A stretch of DNA of 64,000 nucleotides from the human T2T-CHM13v2.0 reference genome, Homo sapiens: assembly GCF_009914755.1 (NCBI RefSeq), contig NC_060933.1; one strand, given 5' to 3'. This document shows, one piece after another, positions 1-15,000 of the stretch; positions within the stretch are counted from its first letter, which is position 1; each line of letters opens with the position of its first letter. The notes below the pieces were generated by a model. The model made no database searches. It was not told the DNA's origin and saw nothing but the letters and a program-made list of their open reading frames with translations. A program made the position numbers and the translations under genes.

Positions 1-251
1 CGGGTAGTTTCCATTCCATTCCATTCCATTCCTCTCCATTCCATTGCACTCGGGTTGATTCCATTCCATTGCATTCCATTCCATTCCATTCAATTCCATT
101 CCGTTCCATTCCATTCCATTACATTCGGATTGATTCTATTCAACTCCCTTACTCTCCATTCCATTCCATTCCTTTCGGGTTGTTCCATTCCATTCCATTC
201 CATTCCACTCCATTCCATTGCACTCGGGTTGATTCCATTCCATTCCATTCC

Positions 252-3200
252 ATTCCGGAAGATTCCATTCCATTGCATTCCATTCCATTCCATTCCCCTG
301 CACTCGCGTTGATTCCATTCCATTCCATTCTATTCCATTCCATTCCCTTCCTTTCCGTTCCATTCCATTCCATTCCATTCCATTCCATTCCATTCCGTTC
401 CGTTCCATTCCATTCCATTCCATTCTATTCGGGTTAATTCCATTCCATTCCATTCAATTGCAATCGAGTTGATTCCATTCCATTCCATTCCATTCCATTC
501 CATTCAATTCGATTCCGTTCCATTCCATTCCATTACATTCGGATTGATTCTATTCAACTCCCTTACTCTCCATTACATTCCATTCCATTCGGGTTGTTCC
601 ATTCCATTCCATTCCATTCCACTCCATTCCATTCCATTACACTCGGGTTGATTCCATTCCATTCCATTCCTTTCCATTCCATTCCATTCCATTCCGGAAG
701 ATTCCATTCCATTGCATTCCATTCCATTCCATTCCCCTGCACTCGCGTTGATTCCATTCCATTCCATTCCATTCCATTCCATTCCATTACATTCCTTTCC
801 GTTCCACTCCATTCCATTCCATTCCAATCCATTCCATTCCGTTCTGTTCCGTTCCATTCCATTCCATTCCATTCTATTCGGGTTAATTCCATTCCATTCC
901 GTTCGATTGCAATCGAGTTCATTCCATTCCATTCCATTCCATTCCATTCCTTTCCATTCCATTACGGATGATTCCATTCCATTGCATTCCATTCCATTCC
1001 ATTCCCCTGTACTCGGGTTGATTCCATTCCATTCCATTCCAATCCATGCCATTCCACTCGTGTTGATTCCATTCTTTCCATTCCATTCAAGTTGAATCCA
1101 TTCCATTGCATTCCATTCCATTCCATTCCCCTGCAGTCGGGTTGTTTCCATTCCATTCCATTCCATTCCATTCCATTCCATTCCATTCCGTTCCGTTCCA
1201 TTCCATTCCATTCCATTCTATTCTGGTTAATTCCATTCCATTCCATTACATTCCATTCCAATCGAGTTGATTCCATTCCATTCCATGCCATTCCATTCCA
1301 CTCCATTCCCGTCCTTTCCATTCCGTTCCACTCGGGTTGATTCCAATGTATTCCTTTCCATTCCATTCCATTCCATTGCAATCGAGTTGATTCCATTGCT
1401 TTGCATTCCATTCCATTCCATTCCATTCCGGATGATTCCATTCCATTGCATTCCATTCCATTCCATTCCCCTGCACTCGGGTTGACTCCATTCCATTCAC
1501 CTCCATTCCGTTCCATTCCATTCCATTGCATTGTATTCGGGTTAATTCCATTCCATTCCATTCCATTCCATTCCATTCCATTCCATTCCATTCCATTACA
1601 ATCGAGTTGATTCCATTCCATTCCATTCCATTCCAGTCCTTTCCATTCCATTCCACTCGGGTTGATTCCATTCTATTAGTTTCCATTCCATTCCATTCCC
1701 TTCCATTCCACTCTGGTTGATTCCATTCCTTTCCATTCCACTCGAATACATTCCCTCCTATTCCACTCGGAACGATTCCATTCCATTCCATTCCATTCCA
1801 TTCCATTCCATTCCATTTCGTTCCATTCCATTCTATTCCGTACCATTCCATTCCATTCCATTCCATTCCATTCCATTCCATTCCATTCCATTGTACTCGG
1901 GTTGATTCTATTCCATTGCATTCCATTCCATTCCATTCCATTCCATTCCATTCCGGATGATTCCATTCCATTGCATTCCGTTCCATTACATTCCCCTGCA
2001 CTCGCGTTGATTCCATTCCATTCCATTCCATTCCATTCAATTCCATTCCATTACAATTCGTTCCATTCCATTCTATTCCGTACCATTCCATTCCATTCCA
2101 TTCCATTACATTCCATTCTATTCGGATTAATTCCATTCCATTCCATTCCATTCCATTCTATTCCATTCCATTGCAATCGAGTTGAATCCATTGCATTTCA
2201 TTCCATTCCATTCCATTCCATTCCATTCCATTCCATTCCATTCCATTCTATTCCGGAAGATTCCATTCCATTGCATTCCATTCCATTCCATTCCTCTGCA
2301 CTCGCGTTGATTCCATTCCATTCCATTCCATTCCATTCCATTCCATTCCATTCCGTTCCGTTCCGTTCCGTTCCGTTCCATTCCATTCCATTCCATTCCA
2401 TTCCGTTCCGTTCCATTCCATTCCATTCCATTCTATTCCATTCCATTCCTTTCCATTCCATTCCGGATGATTCCATTCCATTGAATTGCATTCCATTCCA
2501 TTCCCCTGCACTTGGGTTGATTCCATTCAATTCCATTCCATTCCTTTCTTTACATTCCATTTCATTCCATTCCATTCTTTCGTGTTAATTCCATTCCATT
2601 CTATTCCATTCCATTCCATTGAAATCGAGTTGATTCCATTCCATTCCATTCCATTACATTCCATTCCATTCCGTTCCATTTCATTCTATTCGGGTTAATT
2701 CCATTCCATTCCATTCCACTCCATTCCAGTCCTTTGCATTCCATTCCACTCGGGTTGATTCCATTCTATTCCTTTCAATTCCATTCCATTCCTTTGCAAT
2801 CGAGTTGATTCCATTCGAGTTGAATCCATTCCATTCCATTCCATTCCATTCCATTCCATTCCATTGCACACGTGTTCATTCCATTCCATTCCATTTCATT
2901 CCGGAAGATTCCATTCCATTGCATTCCATTCCATTCCATTCCCCTGCACTCGCGTTGACACCATTCCATTCCATTCCATTCCATTCCATTCCGTTCCGTT
3001 CCGTTCCGTTCCGTTCCGTTCCGTTCCATTCCATTCCAATCCATTCCATTCCATTCCATTCCGTTCCGTTCCATTCTATTCCATTCCATTCTATTCGGGT
3101 TAATTCCATTCTATTCCATTCGATTGCAATCGTGTTGATTCCATTCCATTCCATTCCATTCCATTCCATTCCATTCCATTCCATTCCTTTCCATTCCATT

Positions 3201-3790
3201 ACGGATGATTCCATTCCATTGCATTCCATTCCATTCCATTCCCCTGTACTCGGGTTGATTCCATTCCATTGCATTCCAATCCATGCCCTTCCACTCGTGT
3301 TGACTCCATTCTTTCCATTCCGTTCAAGTTGAATCCATTCCATTGCATTCCATTCCATTCGATTCCATTCGATTGCACTCGGGTTGATTCCATTCCATTG
3401 CATTCCATTCCATTCCATTCCATTCCATTCCATTCCGTTCCATTCCATTCCATTACATTCGGATTGATTCTATTCAATTCCCTTAGACTCCATTACGTTC
3501 CATTCCATTCGGGTAGTTTCCATTCCATTCCATTCCATTCCTCTCCATTCCATTGCACTCGGGTTGACTCCATTCCATTGCATTCCATTCCATTCCATTC
3601 AATTCCATTCCGTTCCATTCCATTCCATTACATTCGGATTGATTCTATTCATCTCCCTTAGTCTCCATTACATTCCATTCCATTCGGCTTGTTCCATTCC
3701 ATTCCATTCCATTCCACTCCATTCCATTGCACTCGGGTTGATTCCATTCCATTCCATTCCTTTCCATTCCATTCCATTCCGGAAGATTCC
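252..3790. promoter_or_regulatory. Five perfect consensus heat-shock elements (ATTCCGGAAGATTCC = nTTCnnGAAnnTTCn)
   Basis: Exact 15-mers at 252-266, 691-705, 2250-2264, 2898-2912 and 3776-3790 match the HSF1 consensus of three alternating nGAAn units. Sequence match only; binding is not shown. Confidence 0.55.
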
Positions 3791-5850
3791 ATTCCATTGC
3801 ATTCCATTCCATTCCATTCCCCTGCACTAGCGTTGATTCCATTCCATTCAATTCCATTCCATTCCATTCCTTTCTGTTCCATTCCATTCCATTCCATTCC
3901 ATTCCATTCCGTTCCGTTATGTTCCATTCCATTCAATTCCATTCTATTCTGGTTAATTCCATTCCATTCCATTCGATTGCAATCGAGTTGATTCCATTCC
4001 ATTCCATTCAATTCCATTCCATTCCATTCCATTCCATTCCTTTCCATTCCATTACGGATGATTCCATTCCATTGCATTCCATTCCATTCCATTCCCCTGT
4101 ACTCGGGTTGATTCCATTCCATTCCATTCCAATCCATGCCATCCATGCCATTCTACTCGTGTTGATTCCATTCTTTCCATTCCATTCAAGGTGAATCCAT
4201 TCCATTCCATTCCATTCCATTCCAATCCATTCCATTCTATTCCGTTCCGTTCCGTTCCATTCCATTCCATTCCATTCTATTCGGGTTAATTCCATTCCAT
4301 TCCATTCGATTGCAATCGAGTCGATTCCATTCCATTCCATTCCATTCCATTCCATTCCATTCCATTCCATTCCTTTCCATTCCATTACGGATGATTCCAT
4401 TCCATTGCATTCCATTGCATTCCATTCCATTCCTATCCCCTGCACTCAGGTTGATTCCATTCCATTCCATTCCATTCCATTCCATTCTATTCCATTCCAT
4501 TCTATTCGCGGTAATTCCATTCCATTCCATTCCATTACCTTCCATTGCAATCGAGTTGATTCCATTCCATTCCGTTCCTTTCCATTCCATTCCATTCAAG
4601 TCCTTTCCATTCCATTCCAGTCGTGTTGATTCCATTTTATTAGTTTCCATTCCATTCCATTCCCTTCTATTCCACTCTGGTTGATTCCATTCCTTTCCAT
4701 TCCACTCGAATACATTCCCTTCTATTCCACTCGGAATGATTCCATTCCATTCCGTTCCATTCCATTCCATTCCATTCCATTTCTTTCCATTCCATTCTAT
4801 TCCGTACCATTCCATTCCATTCCATTCCATTCCATCCCATCCCATTCCATTCCATTCCATGCCATTCCACTCGGGTTGATTCCATTGCTTTCCATTCCAT
4901 TTGGGTTGAATCCATTCCATTCCGTTCCATTCCATTCCATTACATTCGGATTGATTGTATTCAATTCCCTTACACTCCATTTCATTCCATTCCATTCGAG
5001 TTGTTTCCATACCATTCCATTCCATTCTATTCCATTTCGTTCCATTCCATTCTATTCGGTACCATTCCATTCCATTCCATTCCATTCCATTCCATTCCAT
5101 GCCATTCCAGTTTTGTTGATTCCCTTCCTTTCCATTCCATTCGGGTTGAATCCATTCCATTCCATTCCATTCCATTCCATTCCATTCCTTTCCATTCCAT
5201 TGCACACGGGTTGATTCCATTCCATTCCTTTCTGTTCCATTCCGGATGACTCTATTCCATTGCATTCCATTCCATTCCATTCCCCTGCGCTCGGGTTCAT
5301 TACATTCCATTCCATTTACTTCCATTCCATTCCATTCCATTCAATTCCATTCTATTCGGGTTAATTCCATTCCATTCCATTCCATTCCATTCCATTCCAT
5401 TCCATTCCATTCCATTCCATTGCATTCAATTGCAATCGAGTTGATTCCATTCCATTCCATTCAATTCCGGATGATTCCATTCCATTGCCTTCAATTCCAT
5501 TCCATTCCCCTGCACTCGGGTTGATTCCATTCCATTCCATTCCATTCCATTCCATTTCATTCCATTCCATTTCGTTCCATTCCATTCTTTTTCGTTCCAT
5601 TCCATTCCATTCCATTCCATTCCATTCCATTCCTTTCCATTCTATTCGGGTTAATTCCATTCCATTCCATTCCATTCCATTCCGTTCCATTCAATTCCAT
5701 TACATTCGGATTGATTCTTTTTAATTCCCTTACACTCCATTACATTCTATTCCATTCGGGTAGTTTCCATACCATTCCATTCCATTCCACTGCATTCTAT
5801 TGCACTCGGGTTGATTGATTCCATTCCATTGCATTCCATTCCATTCCATT

Positions 5851-6040
5851 CCTTTCCGGATGATTCCATTCCATTGCATTCCATTGCATTCCATTCCCCT
5901 GTACTCGGGTTGATCCCATTCCATTGCATTCCATTCCATTCCATTCCTTTCCGGATGATTCCATTCCATTGCATTCCATTGCATTCCATTCCCCTGTACT
6001 CGGGTTGATCCCATTCCATTGCATTCCATTCCATTCCATT
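5851..6040 (+). repeat. 95 bp local tandem duplication
   Basis: CCTTTCCGGATGA...CCCCTGTACTCGGGTTGATCCC starts at both 5851 and 5946. Confidence 0.85.
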
Positions 6041-9000
6041 CCATTCCGTTCCGTTCCATTCCATTCCCTTCCATTCTCTTCAGGTTAATTCCATTCCATT
6101 CCATTCCCTTCCATTCCATTCCATTCCATTCCATTCCATTCCATTCCATTCCATGCCATTACACTCGGTTTGATTCCATTCCTTTCCATTCCATTCGAGT
6201 TGAACCCATTCCATTCCATTCCATTCCATTGCATTCCACTTGGTTTGATTCCATTCCTTTCCATTCCATTCGGGTTGAAACCATTCCATTCCATACCATT
6301 CCTTTCGATTCCATTCCATTTCACTCGGGTTGATCCCATTCCATTGCATTCCATTCCATTCCATTGCATTCCATTCCGTTCCATTCCATTCCATTACATT
6401 CGTATTGATTCTATTCAATTCCCTTACCCTCCATTACATTCCATTCCTTTCGGGTTGTTTCCATTCCATTCCATTCCATTCCACTCCATTCCATTTCAAT
6501 CGGGTGATTCCATTACATTCCATTGCATTCCATTCCATTCCATTCCATTCCGTATGATTCCATTCCATTGCATTCCATTCCATTCCATTCCTTTGCACTC
6601 GGTTGGATTCCATTCTATTCCATTCCATTCCATTCCATTCCATTCCATTCCATTCTATTCGGGTTAATTTCATTCCATTCCATTCCATTCCCTTCCATTG
6701 CATTCCATTCCATTCCATTCCATTCCATTGAAATCGAGTTGATTCCATTCCATTCCATTCCATTCTATTCGGGTTAATTCCATTCCATTCCATTCCATTC
6801 CATTCCCTTCCATTCCATTCTATTCCATTCCATTCCATTCCATTCCTTTCTATTAGGGTTAATTCCATTCCATTCCATTCCATTCTATTCCATCCCATTC
6901 CATTCCATTCCATTGCAATCGAGTTGATTCCATTCCATTCCATTCCATTCCATTCCATTCAATTCCATTGAACTCGGGTTAATTCCATTCCATTCCATTC
7001 CATTCCATTCCCTTCCATTCCATTCTATTCCATCCCATTCCATTCCAATCCATTCTATTAGGGTTAATTCCATTCCATTCCATTCCATTCCATTCCATCC
7101 CATTCCATTCCATTCCATTGCAATCGAGTTGATTCCATTCCATTCCATTCCATTCCATTCCATTCCATTCAATTCCATTGAACTCGGGTTGATTCCATTC
7201 CATTCCATGCCATTCCATTTCATTCCATTCCATTCCATTCCATTCCATTCCTTTCCGTTCCATTCCATTACATTCGGATTGATTATATTCAATTCCCTTA
7301 CACTCCATTACATTCTATTCCATTCGTGTTGTTTCCATTCTATTCCATTCCATTCCACTCCATTCCATTGCACTCTGGTTGATTCCATTCCATTCCCTTC
7401 CATTCCGTATGACTCCATTCCATTTCATTCCATTCCATTGCATTCCCCTGCACTGGAGTTGATTATATTCCATTCCATTCCCTTCCTTTCCGTTCCACTC
7501 CATTCTATTCGGGTTAATTCCATTCCATTCCATTACATTAAATTCCCTTCCATTCCATTCCATTCCATTCCATTCCATTCCATTCCATTGCAATCGACTT
7601 GATTCCATTCCATTCCATTCCATTCCATTCCATTCCATTCCATTCCATTCCGGATGATTCCATTCCATTGCCTTCCATTCCATTCCATTACCATGCACTC
7701 GGGTTCTTTCCATTCCATTCCATTCCATTCCATTCCATTCCATTTCGTTCCATTCGATTCTATTCCGTACCATTCAATTCCATTCCATTCCATGCCATTC
7801 CATTCCATTCCAGTCCATGCCATTCCACTCGGGTTGATTTCATTCCTTTCCATTCTATTCGAGTTGTATCCTTTCCATTCCATTCCATTCCATTCGATTC
7901 CATTCCATTGCACACGGGTTCATTCCATTCCATTCCATTCCATTCCATTCCATTCCATTTCGTTCCATTCCATTCTATTCCGTACCATTCCATTCCATTC
8001 CATTCCATTCCAGTCCATTCCATGCCATTCCACTCGGGTTGATTCCATTCCTTTCCATTCCATTTGGGTTGAATCCATTCCATTCCATTCCATTCCATTC
8101 GATTCCATTACATTACACTTGGGTTGATTCCATTCCATTCCATTCCATTCCATTTCATTCCATTCCATTCCATTCCATTCCATTCCATTCCATTCCATTC
8201 CATACCATTCCATTCCATTCCATTCCATGCCATTCCACTCGGGTTGATTCCATTCCTTTCCATTCCTTTCGAGTTGAACCCATTCCATTCCATTCCATTC
8301 CATTCCATTGCACACGGGTTCATTCCATTCCATTCCATTCCATTCCATTTCGTTTTTTTCCATTCCATTCCGTACCATTCCATTCCGTTCCATTCCATTC
8401 CATGCCATTCCACTCGGGTTTATTCCATTCCTTTCCATTCCATTCGGGTTCAATCCATTCCATTCCCTTCCATTCCATTCGATTCCATTCCATTGCACTC
8501 GGGTTGATTCCATTCCATTCCATGCCATTCCATTTCATTCCATTCCATTCCATTCCATTCCATTCTATTCCGTTCCATTCCATTCAATTACATTCGTATT
8601 GATTCTTTTTAATTCCCTTACACTCCATTACATTCCATTCCATTTGGGTACTTTCCATTCCATTCCATTCCATTCCACTGCATTCTATTGCACTCGGGTT
8701 GATTGATTCCATTCCATTGCATTCCATTCCATTCCATTCCCCTGAACTCGGGTGGATTCCATTCCATTCCATTCCATTCCATTCCGTTCCATTCCATTCC
8801 ATTCCATTCTGTTCAGGTTAATTCCATTCCATTCCATTCCCTTCCATTCCATTCCATTCTATTCCATTCCATTCCATTCCATTCCCCTGCACTCAGTTTG
8901 ATTCCATTCCATTCCATTCCATTCCATTCCGTTCCATTCCATTCCAATCCATTCTATTCGCATTAATTCCATTCAATTCCATTCCATTACATCCCATTGC

Positions 9001-12000
9001 AATCGAGTTGATTACATTCCATTCCATTCCATTCCATTCAAGTCCTTTCCATTCCATTTCACTCGTGTTGATTCCATTTTATTAGTTTCCATTCCATTCC
9101 ATTCCCTTCCATTCCACTCTGGTTGATTCCATTCCTTTCCATTCTACTCGAATGCATTCCCTTCTATTCCACTCTGATTGATTCCATTCCATTCCGTTCC
9201 ATTCCATTCCATTTCGTTCCATTCCATTCTATTCCATTCCATTCCATTCCATTCCTTTCCATTCCATTCCGTTCCATTCCATTCCATTCCATTCCATTTC
9301 TTTCCATTCCATTCTATTCCATACCATTCCATTCCATTCCGTTCCATGCCATTCCACTCGGGTTGATTCCATTGCTTTCCATTCCATTTGGGTTGAATCC
9401 ATTCCATTCCATTCTATTCCATTCCATTCCATTCCATTCCATTCCATTGCATTCCATTCCATTGCACTAGGATTGATTCCATTCCACTGCATTCCATTCC
9501 ATTCCATTCCATTCCATTCCGTTCCATTCCATTCCATTACATTCGTATTGATTGTATTCAATTCCCTTACACTCCATTACATTCCATTCCATTCGGGTTG
9601 TTTCCATTCCATTCCATTCCATTCCACTCCATTCCATTGCAGTCGGGTTGATTCCATTCCATTCCATTCCATTCCCTTCCATTCCATTTCGTTCCATTCC
9701 ATTCTATTCCATACCATTCCATTCCATTCCATTCCATTCCATTCCATTCCATGCCATTCCAGTCGGGTTGATTCCATTCCATTCCATTCCATTCGGGTTG
9801 AAACCATTCCATTCCATTCCATTCCATTCCATTCCATTCCGGATGATTGCATTCCATTGCCTTCCATTCAATTGCATTCCCCTGCACCCGGGTTGATTCC
9901 ATTCAATTCCATTCCATTCCATTCCGTTCCATTCCATTCCATACCATTCCATTCCATTCCATTCCATTCTATTCGGGTTAATTCCATTCCATTCCATTCC
10001 ATTCCATTCAATTTCATTGCAATCGGGTTGATTCCATTCCGTTCCATTCCATTGCATTCCATTCCATTCCATTCCATTCCATTCCATTCCATTCCATTCC
10101 ACTCGGGTTGATTCCATTCCTTTCCATTCCATTCGGGGTGAAGCCTTTCCATTCCATTCCATTCCTTTCGATTCCATTCCATTGCACTCGGGTTGATCCC
10201 ATTCCATTGCATTCCATTCCATTCCATTCCATTCCATTCCATTCCATTCCGTTCCATTCAATTCCATTACATTCGGATTGATTCTATTCAATTCCCTTAA
10301 ACTCCATCACATTCCATTCCATTCGGGTTGTTTCCATTCCATTCCATTCCATTCCATTCCATTCCATTCCATTCCGTATGATTCCATTCCATTGCATTCT
10401 ATTCCATTCCATTCCCCTGCAGTCGGGTGGATTCCATTCTATTCCATTCCATTCCATTCCATTCCATTCCATTCCATTCCATTCCATTGAAATCGAGTTG
10501 ATTCCATTCCATTCCATTCCATTCCATTCCATTCCATTCTATTCGGGTTAATTCCATTCCATTCCATTCCATTCCATTCCATTCCATTCCATTCCATTCC
10601 ATTCTATTAGGGTTAATTCCATTCCATTCCATTCCATTCCATTCCATTCCATTCCATTACATTCCATTGCAATCGAGTTGATTCCATTCCATTCCATTCC
10701 ATTCCATTCAATTCCATTGAACTCGGGTTGATTCCATTCCATTCCATGCCATTCCATTTCATTCCAATCCATTGCCTTCCATTCCATTCCATTCCTCTGC
10801 CCTCGGGTTGATTCCATTCCATTCCATTCCATTCCATTCCATTCCATTCCATTCCATGCCATTCCACTCGTGTTGATTCCATTACTTTCCATTACATTCG
10901 AGTTGAATCCATTCCATTCGATTCCATTCCATTCGATTCCATTCCATTGCTCACGGGTTCATTCTATTCCATTCCATTCCATTCCATTCCATTCCATTCC
11001 ATTCCATTCCATTTCGTTCCATTCCATTCTCTTCCGTACCATTCCATTCCATTCCATTCCACTCCATTCCATGCCATTCCACTCGGGTTTATTGCATTCC
11101 TTTCCATTCCATTCGGGTTGAATTCATTCCATTCCATTCCATTCCATTCCATTCCATTCCATTACATTGCACTCGGGTTGATTCCTTCCATTCCATTCCA
11201 TTTCATTCCATTCCCTTCCATTCCATTTCATTCCATTCCATTCCATTCCCTTCCATTCCATTCCATTCCATGCCATTCCTCTCGGGTTGATTCCATTCCT
11301 TTCCATTCCATTCCAGTTGAACCCATTCCATTCTTTTCCATTCCATTCCATTCCATTCTATTCCATTTCGTTTCATTCCATTCCATTACATTCGGATTGA
11401 TTCTTTTTAATTCCCTTACACTCCATTACATTCCATTCCATTCGGGTACTTTCCATTCCATTCCATTCCATTCCACTGCATTCTATTGCACTCGGGTTGA
11501 TTGATTCCTTTCCATTGCATTCCATTCCATTCCATTCAATTCCGGATGATTCCATTCCATTGCATTCCATTCCATTCCATTCCGCTGCACTCGGGTTGAT
11601 CCCATTCGATTGCATTCCATTCCATTCCATTCCATTCCGTTCCATTCCATTCCATTCCATTCAGTTCAGGTTAATTCCATTCAATTCCATTCCCTTCCAT
11701 TCCATTCCATTCCATTCCATTCCATTCCATCCCATTGCAATCGTTTTGATTCCGTTGCATTCCATTCCATTCCAGTCCATTCCATTGCATTCCATTCCAT
11801 TCCATTCCATTCCATTCCATTGCATTCCATTCCATTCCATTCCCCTGCACTCAGATTGATTCCATTCCATCCCATTCCTTTCCCTTCCATTCCATTCCAT
11901 TCTATTCGCGTTAATTCCATTCCATTCCATTACATTCCATTACATTCCATTGCAATCGAGTTGATTCCATTCCATTCCGTTCCATTCCATTCCATTCCAT

Positions 12001-15000
12001 TCCACTTCGATCCATTCCATTCTATTCCGTACCATTCCATTCCATTCCATTCCATTCCATTCCATTCCATGCCATTCCACTCGGGTTGATTCTATTGCTT
12101 TCCATTCCATTTGGGTTGAATCCAATCCATTCCATTGCATTCCATTCCATTCCATTCCATTCCATTGCACTAGGTTTGATTCCATTCCACTGCATTCCAT
12201 TCCATTCCATTCCGTTCCATTCCATTCCATTACATTCGGATTGATTGTATTCAATTCCTTACACTCCATTACATTCCATTCCATTCGGGTTGTTTCCATT
12301 CCGTTCCATTCCATTCCATTGCACTCAGGTTGATTGCATTCCATTCCATTCCATTCCATTCCATTCCATTCCATTTCGTTCCATTCCATTCTATTCCGTA
12401 CCATTCCATTCCATTCCATTCCATTCCATTCCATGCCATTCCACTGGGGTTTATTCCATTCCTTTCCATTCCATTCGGGTTGAATCCATTCCATTCCATT
12501 CCGTTCCATTCGATTCCATTCCATTCTGTTCAGGTTAATTCCATTCCATTCCTTTGCCTTCCATTCCATTCCATTCCATTCCATTGTAATCGAGTTGTTT
12601 CCATTGCATTCCATTCCATTACATTCCATTGCATTCCATTCCATTCCATTCCCCTGCACTCAGGTTGATTCCATTCGATTCCATTCCATTCCATTCAATT
12701 CCATTCCGTTCCATTCCATTCCATTCCATTCCATTCTATTCGTTTTAATTGCATTCCTTTCCATTCCATTGCATTCCATTGCAATCGAGTTGATTCCATT
12801 CCTTTCCGTTCCATTCCATTCCTTTCCATTTCGTTCCATTCCATTCTATTCCGTACCATTCCATTCCAGTCCATTCCATTCCATTCCATTCCGTTCCATT
12901 CCTTTCCATGCCATTCCACTCACGTTGATTCCATTTCTTTCCATTCCATTTGGGTTGAATCCATTCCATTCCATTCCATTCCATTCCATTCCATTCCATT
13001 CCATTCTATTCGGGTTAATTCCATTCCATTCCATTCCATTCCATTCTATTCCATTCCATTGCAATCGACTTGATTCCATTCCATTCCATTCCATTCCATT
13101 CCATTCCATTCCATTCCATTCCCTACCATTCCATTCTATTCCATTCCATTCCATTCCATTCCATTCTAGTAGGGTTAATTCCATTCCATTCCATTCCATT
13201 CCATTCCATTCCATTCCATTCCATTCCATTCCATTCCATTCCATTGCAATCGAGTTGATTCCATTCCATTCCATTCCATTCCATTCCATTCAATTCCATT
13301 GAACTCGGGTTGATTCCATTCCATTCCATGCCATTCCATTTCATTCCATTCCATTCCATTCCATTCCATTCCATTCCATTCCATTCCATTCCTTTCCGTT
13401 CTATTCAATTACATTCGGATTGATTCTATTCAATTCCCTTACACTCCAATACATTCTGTTCCATTCGTGTTGTTTCCATTCTATTCCATTCCATTCCACT
13501 CCATTCGATTGCACTCTGGTTGATTCCATTCCATTCCCTTCCATTCCGTATGACTCCATTCCATTTCATTCCATTGCATTGCTTTCCCCTGCACTCGAGT
13601 TGATTACATTCCATTCCATTCCCTTCCTTTCCGTTCCATTCCATTCTATTCGGGTTAATTCCATTCCATTCCATTACATTGCATTCCTTTCCATTCCATT
13701 CCATTCCATTCCATTCCATTCCATTCGATTCTATTCGGGTTAATTCCATTCCATTCCATTCCATTCCATTCCATTCCGTTACATTCCATTGCAATCGAGT
13801 TGATTCCATTCCATTCCATTCCATTCCATTCCATTCCGTTCCATTCCATTCCATTACATTCGGATTGATTCTTTTTAATTCCCTTACACTCCATTCCATT
13901 CCATTCCATTCGGGTACTTTCCATTCCATTCCATTCCATTCCACTGCATTCTATTGCACTCGGGTTCATTGATTCCATTCCATTGCATTCCATTCCATTC
14001 CATTCCCCTGCACTCGGGTTGATCCCATTGCATTGCATTCCATTCCATTCCATTCCATTCCTTTCCATTCCATTCCGTTCCATTCCATTCCATTCCATTC
14101 TGTTCAGGTTAATTCCATTCCATTCCATTCCCTTCCATTCCGTTCCATTCCATTCCATTCCATTCTGTTCAGGTTAATTCCATTCCATTCCATTCCCTTC
14201 CATTCCATTCCATTCCATTCCATCCCATTGCAATCTAGTTGATTCCATTGCATTCCATTCCATTCCATTCCATTGCAATCTAGTTGATTCCATTGCATTC
14301 CATTCCATTCCATTCCATTCCATTGCATTCCATTCCATTCCATTCCCTTGCACTCAGATTGATTCCATTCCATCCCATTCCATTCCATTCCGTTCCATTC
14401 CATTCCATTCCATTCTATTCGCGTTAATTCGATTCCATTCCATTCCATTACATTCCATTGCAATCGAGTTGATTCCATTCCATTCCGTTCCATTCCATTC
14501 CATTCCATTCCATTTCGTTCCATTCCATTTTATTCTGTACCATTCCATTCCATTCCATTCCATTCCATTCCATTCCATTCCATTCCATTCCATTCCATGC
14601 CATTCCACTCGGGTTGATTCCATTGCTTTCCATTCCATTTGGGTTGAATCCAATCCATTCCATTCCATTCCATTCCATTCCATTCTATTCCATTCCATTC
14701 CATTCCATTGCACTAGGTTTGATTCCATTCCACGGCATTCCATTCCATTCCATTCCGTTCCATTCCATTACATTACATTCGGATTGATTGTATTCAATTC
14801 CCTTACACTCCATTACATTCCATTCCATTCGGGTTGTTTCCATTCCATTACATTCCATTCCACTCCATTCCATTGCACTCAGGTTGATTCCATTCCATTC
14901 CATTCCATTCCATTCCATTTCGTTCCATTCCATTCTATTTCGTACCATTCCATTCCATTCCATTCCATTCCATGCCATTCCACTCAGGTTTATTGCATTC

